A stretch of DNA of 64,000 nt from Chloroflexota bacterium (GTDB taxonomy: Bacteria > Chloroflexota > UBA11872 > VXOZ01). Positions 18,261 through 26,388 of the stretch are shown piece by piece (position 1 is the stretch's first letter; each line of letters opens with the position of its first letter). The stretch covers positions 2,368,001 to 2,432,000 of the forward strand of contig OZ244922.1 in NCBI GenBank assembly GCA_965221905.1. The letters are read 5' to 3'. The translations under genes were made by a program, and so were the position numbers. Below the pieces are notes generated by a model, which saw only the letters and a program-made list of their open reading frames with translations, was not told the DNA's origin and made no database searches.

Positions 18261-19664
18261 TTAAGAGCTCATTGCACTATCGAGTTCGGCCTGCTGGGTC
18301 GTCGCGAGCGTCTTCATTGCCTCTTCGGCAGTGATCTGCTCTTGCAGGACCAGTGTGGAGGCTTCGTTGAAAGCGCTGCGATAGTCGCTGGCCGTCGCGA
18401 TGGGCGGCCAGTAGGTCTCGCCCTTCTCGGCCAGCGCCAAGAAGACGTCAACATACGGCACAATGCGATTGTCCGCACCTACCTTCGCGATATAGCCTTC
18501 CTTAAACTCGTCCAACTGGGCAATCACGCACGGGCCGTTGAGGGTCTCGTAGCCCATCTTGCCGGAGTTATCGATGAACATCCACTCGTCAAATGCCCAC
18601 GCCTCATCCGGATGTGAGGCGTTTACCGGAATGGCATACATCCAGCCCTGCACTGAATTAAAGCGGATGCCCGCTTCTGCGCCCTCGACCGTCGGAGGCA
18701 GGCCAATACCATAGGGCAAGCCCTCCCCGTTGGCATCAATGCGGTCCTGTGCCCAGAAGCCACTAGAGAAGAAGGCCAGGTTGCCGGTGTACCACCCATA
18801 GGCCGCATTGTAGTAGTTGGTCGCCTCACCGTGGAATTCGGTGATAGCCTCGTAGCCGCCCTGCTTCTTGGTTAAATCAGTTAGCCAATTGAGCGACTCG
18901 ATGATGGCGGGATCATCCGGCGTCACCTTGCCGGTATCGTAGTTGTAGAATTCACCGCCAAAGAGGAAGCCAAGACGCGTGCGGCCCATGCTCCGCCAGT
19001 TCCAACCCAGGTGGCTAATCTTGCCACCTTGATTGCGATGGAGTTTGAGCGAGATCGCCTCCGTATCCTCAAAGTTGCTAAGCGGCACTTCCGGATCTTC
19101 GCCGAACGCAAGGTACATGTCCTTGTTCCAGAAGTAGACCACCCAGTCCGCGCCGCCCGGCACCGCGTAGAGCTGGCCATTGAGGGAGCTATCATCCCAC
19201 ATGGCCTTGGTAAACTCCTCACGAGTGTGACCGGACGCCTTCATGTACTCATCCAATGGGCGAATGAGCTGATTGAACATAAACGGCCCTTGGAACACCC
19301 AGTTGGTGTAGTGGGTGTCCGGCGGCGAACCGGCTGCGATAGATGCAATCAGCTTCACTTCGATGTCTTTGATGAACTGCCAGTCCAGCTTGATGCCGGT
19401 ATCGGCCTCGAAGGCCGGCCCGTAGGCGCCCATAATCGTGGAGTACGGCTCGCCCCAAGCGGCGTTCCAAGCCACAACCGTGACTTGCTCCTTCTCCGGC
19501 ATAGCCGTAGGCTCGGCCTTTGGAGCCTCAGCCTCCTCCATCTTATCTTCAGCCGGCGCCATCGCTTGCGGCGTTCCACAGGCCGCCAGCACGACAGCGG
19601 CCGTGCCACCGGCAGCCATTGCGAGGAAGCTACGGCGAGTGACGTCAACATCAAATTTTCGCAT
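18261..19664 (-). CDS. ABC-type sugar-binding (family 1) lipoprotein with Tat signal
   Basis: TRRSFL twin-arginine motif, LAAC lipobox, A/E/P-rich linker, AGSPPD, LYAVP, WNKDMY, HPDEAWAF. Confidence 0.9.
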   Translation of the reverse strand: MRKFDVDVTRRSFLAMAAGGTAAVVLAACGTPQAMAPAEDKMEEAEAPKAEPTAMPEKEQVTVVAWNAAWGEPYSTIMGAYGPAFEADTGIKLDWQFIKDIEVKLIASIAAGSPPDTHYTNWVFQGPFMFNQLIRPLDEYMKASGHTREEFTKAMWDDSSLNGQLYAVPGGADWVVYFWNKDMYLAFGEDPEVPLSNFEDTEAISLKLHRNQGGKISHLGWNWRSMGRTRLGFLFGGEFYNYDTGKVTPDDPAIIESLNWLTDLTKKQGGYEAITEFHGEATNYYNAAYGWYTGNLAFFSSGFWAQDRIDANGEGLPYGIGLPPTVEGAEAGIRFNSVQGWMYAIPVNASHPDEAWAFDEWMFIDNSGKMGYETLNGPCVIAQLDEFKEGYIAKVGADNRIVPYVDVFLALAEKGETYWPPIATASDYRSAFNEASTLVLQEQITAEEAMKTLATTQQAELDSAMSS

Positions 19665-19751
19665 TAGGCTCTCTCCTTATCGAGATGCAATGCTGCTTAA
19701 ACCGCTCACACCTGAAGCGAGCCCAGACTACAGACCCGCTTAGCTGGCGAT

Positions 19752-19780
19752 AGACTAGCACTTAGATTAATATCTGTCAA
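19752..19780 (-). promoter_or_regulatory. Sigma70-type promoter with a dyad in the spacer
   Basis: TTGACA, 17 bp spacer, (TGC)TAGTCT. The spacer contains AGAT-TAAT-ATCT. Confidence 0.6.
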
Positions 19781-20015
19781 CTCGAATCTCTAGTCTCCAG
19801 ACGCCCTCCCAAATTTGACTTCCACCGCTTTGACTAAACCCATTTAGAGTCAAACTGGAGAGTCATGCGGCTCTAGCCCGTTTGCAAATCGTGAAAGTCG
19901 CATACGCGACGGTGTTGCGCCAGCCTTCGCTTTCCACTCTCTTGCTGTGTGTTTCTCCCCACCTGTCGCGCGGCTGCTATGATATAACAATGCCACGGAT
20001 TCTACGCCTGGAGGT

Positions 20016-22001
20016 ATGACTGTGTCGCGCGCACTGACAATCGGCAATGGCAGCATGCTCATCAATTTCGATGAGCACTATCGCATACGCGATCTCTACT
20101 ATCCGAATGTCGGCGCAGACAATCACTTGTCGGCGCGGCCCTCACGCGTCGGCGTTTGGGTTGCCGATCAGTTTTCCTGGCTCGGCGACGCCGGCTGGGA
20201 AACCACTCCAGGGTATGCAGAGTACTCCCTGGTTACCCATGCAAAGGCAGTCCACCCTCTTCTCAATGTCGAGATTCAATTCACAGACTGCCTCGACTTT
20301 GTGCGAGACTTGCTGCTGCGGAAGCTCCACGTTAAGAACACGGCCGATGTGGCACGGGAAGTCCGCATCTACTTCCACTACGAGTGGGGCCTCGGGGGCG
20401 GCGATGTTGGAGACACCGTTTTCTATCACCCCCCTACCCAGGCGCTGATTGCCTACAAGGGGCAACGGTTCTTCTTGATGAACGTCATGACCGGCGACAA
20501 AACCGGACTCAGCGATTGGGCAACAGGTGTCTATTCTGCCGAGGGGGCCCAAGGGTCCTGGCAAGACGCTGAAGACGGCTGGCTTTCGCAAAACGCGGTC
20601 TCTCGCGGCGACGTTGACTGCGTGGGGATGCTCTCGCTGGGTGAACTCGCGCCCGGAGAAGCGCGCATTGGCTACCACTGGGTGGCCGCAGACACGAACC
20701 TCGACGCCGTGCTGGCGGACAATCGGCTGATCCGTTTCCGTACGCCGGATAGCTTTATCGACCGTACTCAAGAATACTGGTCGTTCTGGGTGCGCAAGCA
20801 CCGCACGCCGCAGCCGGAAATTCCGCAGGACATTTGGGACCTCTACCACCGGAGCCTGCTAACTTTGCGCACTCAGGTGGACAATTCCGGCGCCATCATC
20901 GCGGGAAACGACCCCGATATCGCCCGCGAAACTGGAGATACATACAGCTACCTCTTTCCACGAGTGGGAGCAATTGCCGCAGTAGCGCTAGACCGGGCTG
21001 GGTATACAGACCTCACGCGCCAATTCTATACCTTCTGCAGCCAACTTCCCTCGCCTGACGGGTTCCTCTTCTCAAAGTACACCCCTTTCGGCGCAGTAGG
21101 GAGCCTGGATCATCCCTGGGTGGACCCCGATGGCAAAGAAACCCTGCCTGTCGCGGCTGACAATACGGCGATGTTGCTTTGGGCGCTTGGAGAGCACTTT
21201 GGTCTTGACCGTGACTTCGATTTCGTGCGGTCGCTCTACACCGATCTCGTGCAACCGGCGCTTGACTTTCTGCTTAGTCATCGCAATCCCGATAACGGAC
21301 TGCCGCTGCCTTCGTTCGACCTGTGGGAGGAGACCTACGGCCTGCACGCTTACACACTGGCAGCCACGTGGGCCGGTCTGCGCGCGGCCTGCACCTTCAC
21401 CGCCGCATTTGGGCAGCCGGAACTCACAGGCGCCGCCCAGGAAGCAGCGACCCAGATACGCCGTCTGTTCGATTCTATGTTCTACGACAAAGACACCGGA
21501 CGTTACGTCACCCGCCTTCGCATTCATGGGACTCGTGAGCCAATCCCGGACCCAACTATTGATGCGAGTGTCGCCGGCCTCTTCCTGTTCGGCATGATTT
21601 CTCCCGAGGATGAGCGCATGCAGCGCACCATGGCTGCCGTCCGTCAGCAACTATGGTGCCATACGGAAGTTGGGGGCCTTGCGCGTGCGGAGAACGATCA
21701 GTTCCTCCAGGTCAGCACAGATATTGGCAACGTGCCTGGAAACCCCTGGGTCGTGACCACTATGTGGCTCTGCCGGTGGCACATTGCGCGCGCGCGGTGC
21801 CTGGAAGATCTCAAGCCCGCGGAAGAGCTGCTCCGGTGGGCGCATCGCCATGCCCTCTCCACCGGCATGCTCGCAGAGCAATTTCACCCCTACACGCATG
21901 CCCCACTCTCCGTGAATCCATATACATGGAGCCACGCGGAGTTTCTGTTGGCGGTGCAAGCGTACGTCCAGCGCCACAGGGAGATCGCAGGCCGCGCCTA
22001 A
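20016..22001 (+). CDS. Glycoside hydrolase family 15 (glucoamylase-like), divergent active site
   Basis: IGNG...IRDLYYP N-terminus, GAIIA, FDLWEE, DASV, GNPW, LAEQ, TWSHA. Confidence 0.88.
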   Translation: MTVSRALTIGNGSMLINFDEHYRIRDLYYPNVGADNHLSARPSRVGVWVADQFSWLGDAGWETTPGYAEYSLVTHAKAVHPLLNVEIQFTDCLDFVRDLLLRKLHVKNTADVAREVRIYFHYEWGLGGGDVGDTVFYHPPTQALIAYKGQRFFLMNVMTGDKTGLSDWATGVYSAEGAQGSWQDAEDGWLSQNAVSRGDVDCVGMLSLGELAPGEARIGYHWVAADTNLDAVLADNRLIRFRTPDSFIDRTQEYWSFWVRKHRTPQPEIPQDIWDLYHRSLLTLRTQVDNSGAIIAGNDPDIARETGDTYSYLFPRVGAIAAVALDRAGYTDLTRQFYTFCSQLPSPDGFLFSKYTPFGAVGSLDHPWVDPDGKETLPVAADNTAMLLWALGEHFGLDRDFDFVRSLYTDLVQPALDFLLSHRNPDNGLPLPSFDLWEETYGLHAYTLAATWAGLRAACTFTAAFGQPELTGAAQEAATQIRRLFDSMFYDKDTGRYVTRLRIHGTREPIPDPTIDASVAGLFLFGMISPEDERMQRTMAAVRQQLWCHTEVGGLARAENDQFLQVSTDIGNVPGNPWVVTTMWLCRWHIARARCLEDLKPAEELLRWAHRHALSTGMLAEQFHPYTHAPLSVNPYTWSHAEFLLAVQAYVQRHREIAGRA

Positions 22002-22042
22002 GTGGCGCCGCTGAGACCAGCTCTAGATTGCAGCCGAGGGTG

Positions 22043-24031
22043 TCACTCGCCCGTGACCAGCTCGAGTCGAATGGTGAAGTGGGCAACTTCAGTAGTTACC
22101 GGCGTGGCGCCGCTTACGATGAGGGTGGCGCTCTGCAACTCTTGGCCGAAGTGACCGAGCAAGAACGATACGTCCACCTCATCTTGCCCCCGCACCATGA
22201 CGCGCTCCACTAAAGGCATACCGTCTACATAGCGCACGAGTTGCACGATGAAATACTGGGGCAGTATACCGTCGGTGCGGAAGAAACCTCTTGCTTCCCA
22301 ATCGCCGTCGGTTTCGGCGTCATCGCTAAAGCCGATCCCGCTAATCGAGATGTCATCCACCAGGAAGCCCACGCTATTGAAGGCGTCGTCGGTGACATAT
22401 TCGAAGCGGAGTAGAATTTGCTTGCCCGCATAGTCCGCAAGGTTCACCTCTTCCTCTATCCACCGCGCAACCTCTCCTCCTCCGCTCTTGCCAGTAAGGC
22501 CGTTGCCCAGGTTATTGCCATTTGGATTGTCTGTGGTTGTGCTGGTGCCGAGCAGAGTCGACCACGTCTCTCCACCGTCGGTTGAAGCCGCGACGAACGC
22601 GTAATCGAAATCCGATTCGATGTCATACCATGTCATGAACCGCAACACCGGGCCTTCGGTATCCCGCAAATCTACGGCTCGCGTCAGTGAAGTGGCCGCC
22701 ATGTCAGAGCGATTACCCCACCAAACGTGCGTGCCGCTGGAGGCAGTAGTGGGGAAGAGGCTTACCAGCCGCGAGCCTTCAAACTCCGCCCTGTAGTCTC
22801 CTTGCGGCATTCGGAGCGTTACATATTTGGCGCCAAATTGCCTTACCGTGAGGTCTCTATTGAAGGTGCCGCTGCGTACAACCTGATGGGGACGCATGCG
22901 GGGCAGGCGGACGTCGTAGTAGTAGGCGCCATCAGCGACACCTTCATCGTCTATGAGATTAGCCGCCGTCCAATCCGCAAAAACATCGTCAAAATCCGCC
23001 GCGTATCCTTCGCGCGCCAGGTAAGTATCAATTGAGTCCTGTCCGCGAACGGGCAGGGAGATTAGTGTTTTTAATTTCTCGTGACCGCCGTAGTGTTGCG
23101 CAAAGTATTCCATGAAGAGATACGCCGCCGCATAGTGTGGCAACGCAGTACTCGGCTCGTCGCTCCACGATGTAAGCTGCACGTCCGCGTTCTCGGTGTA
23201 CCACGACGCGATGTCGCCCAGACTGTAGCCGCACAAGACCGATGCGACCATAGAGGCGCCTTCATTGAGCCAGGTCTCCTGGGTTGCGTTTTGGTTCCAA
23301 TGCACCATGTGCTGGAATTCATGGCAGAGCGTAGACAAGTAGAAATCGGTTCCAGGACCGTATTCCTGTCTGTCCACATTTATGTAGAACATCTCCCGTT
23401 CATTACTGAAGGGATTGACTACGTTCGGATATTCGTCCGCTGAGGAGTAGTAGCCCCCCACGCCTGGGATGCGAGCATTGAGTACCGTGATCCTCGGGTC
23501 ATTGTCAACGCCTGGACTCAATTCTTCCCCGTAATGCCTCCGAATAGTAGGGTAAATCACTTTCTCGAATTCGCGGATGGTCCTGTCTATTCCGGACTGA
23601 GGAAGGTCTAGATCTTCTTCAACGTACATGTAGAGATGCTCAGACTTGCCGCGCAGCACGGCCCTGATCTGGTAGTAGTTCTTATTCTCATCGTCCGCAA
23701 CCCAGAAGGTCTGCACACTTTCCAGTGCGTAATCAGGCGTTTCAGCATTCACCACACGATCGACGCTTTGCGTGATTCCCTTATAGCGCCTACCAAGGTC
23801 GAAGAGATCTCGTTGGGGTTTATCCGTCGCGAGAAGACGTTGAAGCGTTTGCTCCGCTTGCGCGTAAGATCCGACGGGCTGCGAAGTATCTACAGGGCCC
23901 TCTATGCGAGGAACGGTCTGGGCGCACGCGGCAGCGAGGAGGATTATGAGCAGCAGCAGCAGCAGAACCCGCAAAGACGAATAGCGGCGGGCCGTTGGAC
24001 TCTGAGATTCGTTAGTCCTGGGAATTTTCAT
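22043..24031 (-). CDS. Lipoprotein zinc metallopeptidase (M30 / immune inhibitor A-like) with beta-sandwich domain
   Basis: LAAAC lipobox, HEFQH...WLNEG, PGVDND, WYDIE..FDY, LRFEYVTD. Confidence 0.85.
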   Translation of the reverse strand: MKIPRTNESQSPTARRYSSLRVLLLLLLIILLAAACAQTVPRIEGPVDTSQPVGSYAQAEQTLQRLLATDKPQRDLFDLGRRYKGITQSVDRVVNAETPDYALESVQTFWVADDENKNYYQIRAVLRGKSEHLYMYVEEDLDLPQSGIDRTIREFEKVIYPTIRRHYGEELSPGVDNDPRITVLNARIPGVGGYYSSADEYPNVVNPFSNEREMFYINVDRQEYGPGTDFYLSTLCHEFQHMVHWNQNATQETWLNEGASMVASVLCGYSLGDIASWYTENADVQLTSWSDEPSTALPHYAAAYLFMEYFAQHYGGHEKLKTLISLPVRGQDSIDTYLAREGYAADFDDVFADWTAANLIDDEGVADGAYYYDVRLPRMRPHQVVRSGTFNRDLTVRQFGAKYVTLRMPQGDYRAEFEGSRLVSLFPTTASSGTHVWWGNRSDMAATSLTRAVDLRDTEGPVLRFMTWYDIESDFDYAFVAASTDGGETWSTLLGTSTTTDNPNGNNLGNGLTGKSGGGEVARWIEEEVNLADYAGKQILLRFEYVTDDAFNSVGFLVDDISISGIGFSDDAETDGDWEARGFFRTDGILPQYFIVQLVRYVDGMPLVERVMVRGQDEVDVSFLLGHFGQELQSATLIVSGATPVTTEVAHFTIRLELVTGE

Positions 24032-24896
24032 CTGATTCAGGCTGCTCGGCGGGAGGTGTGCCCGCGAGCTCCGCGTAACGCTGGGTCGAACTCGCACTCG
24101 TGTGGCCAAGCATCGACCGGACGCGCTGCAAGGGCACACTACCTTCGAGGGCATGCGCGGCAAAGGTGTGGCGCAAGGTCTGCGGTGTAACCTCGGGTAG
24201 TCGAGCCGCGCGGGCATAGCCCTTCAAGATAAGCCAAAAGCCCTGGCGGGTGAGTCGCTGACCGCGATGGTTGAGGTAAAGCGCATCGCCTGAACGCGAT
24301 GTCTGCAACTGCGGGCGGCTTTCCGCGAGGTATTGATCGACCGCCACCATGCACGCCTCATTTAATGGCACCACTGACTGCTTATTGCGCGAGCGCAAAT
24401 TCAGTTGCTGGCTTTCTCTGCCCACGTCACCAATGTCAACTCCAAGCGCTTCGGTGATGCGAATGCCGGTGCTATATAGGAGATGCAGAATACTCCGATC
24501 GCGGAGGGCTTCCGGGGAAGTCTTCTCCTCTGCCGCGGCAAAGAGGGCTTTGACTTGATCGTGGGTAAGAACCGTAGGCGCCATGCGTTCGACGTGAGTA
24601 CCGACGATGTCCTGGGTGGGATTCTCGTCAACGATGCCTTGCTCACAGAGGTAGCGATAGAATGACCGCACGGCGGCCACCTTGCGGGCGCGCGTGGAAG
24701 AGCTGTAGCCGCGATCCATAAGATTCTGCACAAATGCTCCTATCCAAGCCTTATCCACCTGCCAGTCTTGCGCACCTTGTTCGCGGAGGAATTTTGTCAA
24801 TTGTGTTAGATCGTTTTTATATGCCGCACGTGTGTTTGCCGACAGCTCACGCTGCTGTGTGATGTGATCGAGGAAAGCAGCAACAGACTCTTCCAT
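24012..24896 (-). CDS. XerD-like tyrosine recombinase with altered catalytic motifs
   Basis: SANTRAAYKNDL, RSFYRYL, TGIRITE, LTRQGFW, QTLRH, MLGH, TQRY. Confidence 0.9.
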   Translation of the reverse strand: MEESVAAFLDHITQQRELSANTRAAYKNDLTQLTKFLREQGAQDWQVDKAWIGAFVQNLMDRGYSSSTRARKVAAVRSFYRYLCEQGIVDENPTQDIVGTHVERMAPTVLTHDQVKALFAAAEEKTSPEALRDRSILHLLYSTGIRITEALGVDIGDVGRESQQLNLRSRNKQSVVPLNEACMVAVDQYLAESRPQLQTSRSGDALYLNHRGQRLTRQGFWLILKGYARAARLPEVTPQTLRHTFAAHALEGSVPLQRVRSMLGHTSASSTQRYAELAGTPPAEQPESDENSQD

Positions 24897-25103
24897 TACA
24901 ACCCTTTTACATAACGAGTTTTGAGCTTCAATTCCCCGCTGCTCCAGATGTAAGAACATGATGCTGACACAGGGAACGTGCGCAATTCTTCCAGTTCAAT
25001 CTATGTTCTCATCGCACTTCGAACGAATGAGGCAAATGCGGTACATTTCATTATTCTAGGAAGTTATGCCTTGCCGCATTATACCTGTGGAATGCCCAGC
25101 GGG

Positions 25104-25775
25104 CTACTCCACGTCCTCGGGCCAGCCATGCGCGCCTACCAGTGGAACGAAGCGCACGGCACCGAAATCCCGCTGCCGCACACCGCCGTCCTCATTCTGC
25201 AAGAGCAGGAGTGTCTGTCTCTCGCGATCTCCGACGGGTATCACACACCGGCCGCCCTTAGCCAGTTGATCTAGAAACGGTTCCGGGGTGCATGGCGCCC
25301 CCGCAGAAACAACAATGGCGTCATATGGCGCGCTATCCGGCCATCCTTCCGTACCGTCAGCGACGTGAATGTCATGGTTCATGCATCCTAGAGCGCGTAG
25401 ACGGCGTTCTGCAACCTGCGCGAGTGACGCAAAACGCTCCACAGATACGATAGATCGTGCCAAACAGCAAAGAATAGCCGTCTGATAGCCGGAACCGGTG
25501 CCGATTTCTAGAACGTGTTCTCTTCCTGTAAGCGACAGAGCTTCGGTCATGAGGGCCACGACGTAAGGCTGGGAAATCGTCTGACCCTCTCCAATGGGCA
25601 GAGGGTTGTCCCGGTAAGCTTCGGAGCGCAGACTACCGTCTACGAATTGCTCGCGTGGAATCTCGCCAATTGCATTGAGAATACGGGAATCGCGAATCCC
25701 CTTTCTACGCAGTGAGGACGTCAAACGGACCCGCTGCAGCGTGGTGGATTCTGCCGCACTTTCGCGCCCATCCAC
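25104..25775 (-). CDS. pcm: Protein-L-isoaspartate O-methyltransferase
   Basis: GQTISQPYVVA, VLEIGTGSGYQTA, APYDAI, VRFVPL. Confidence 0.96.
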   Translation of the reverse strand: MDGRESAAESTTLQRVRLTSSLRRKGIRDSRILNAIGEIPREQFVDGSLRSEAYRDNPLPIGEGQTISQPYVVALMTEALSLTGREHVLEIGTGSGYQTAILCCLARSIVSVERFASLAQVAERRLRALGCMNHDIHVADGTEGWPDSAPYDAIVVSAGAPCTPEPFLDQLAKGGRCVIPVGDRERQTLLLLQNEDGGVRQRDFGAVRFVPLVGAHGWPEDVE

Positions 25776-25777
25776 AA

Positions 25778-26335
25778 CTAACCCTTTTTGTACGTCACCT
25801 CTTCTCCCGTGCCAATTGGCACGAGAACACTCACGCAATTGGGGTGACTTCGCACTTTGCTAAAGTATTCTGCCATGTTCTCGCCATGGGATACTGCATT
25901 GTCCGCCACAATGACACCCCCGGGAGAGAGGCGGGGATAGATCAGATCAAAGTACGCCGCATAGTCCTCTTTGGCCGCATCGAGAAAGACGAGATCATAG
26001 GGTCCGGCGAGGGTGGCCAAGGTCTGCTTTCCGTCACCCTGAATCACCGTGATGACGTCCGACAAGCCGGCCTTGGCAAAATTGGCTTCGGCTACCGCGA
26101 CTTTTTCGGCTTCGAGTTCCAGGGTGGTAATGCGTGCCCCAACTGCGCGCGCCGCCAGTCCGATCCAGATAGTGGAGTATCCATGAAACATGCCAATCTC
26201 AAGTATGCGCTTGGGTTTCGCCATATGGACCAGCACGTGGAGAAATCTACCTGTATCAGGCGGAACGCTAATTCTCACTTGGCCCCATTCCTCGGGCTGA
26301 TCCGATAGTGCCTGCAGTAGGTCAGCGTCTGCCAT
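25778..26335 (-). CDS. SAM-dependent O-methyltransferase (caffeoyl-CoA / YrrM-like)
   Basis: ILEIG...GYS, YDLVFLDAAK, PGGVIVADN. Confidence 0.9.
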   Translation of the reverse strand: MADADLLQALSDQPEEWGQVRISVPPDTGRFLHVLVHMAKPKRILEIGMFHGYSTIWIGLAARAVGARITTLELEAEKVAVAEANFAKAGLSDVITVIQGDGKQTLATLAGPYDLVFLDAAKEDYAAYFDLIYPRLSPGGVIVADNAVSHGENMAEYFSKVRSHPNCVSVLVPIGTGEEVTYKKG

Positions 26336-26388
26336 ATTCTCCACGTTACCCTCCTCAGAGCGTGTCAAATAGTGCCAATATCGGAGCT

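Noticed and set aside
17937-24896. tRNA-Pro plus tyrosine recombinase as an integrative element
   Set aside because: No duplicated tRNA 3' end seen. The recombinase is XerD-like, 6 kb away and flanked by housekeeping genes.
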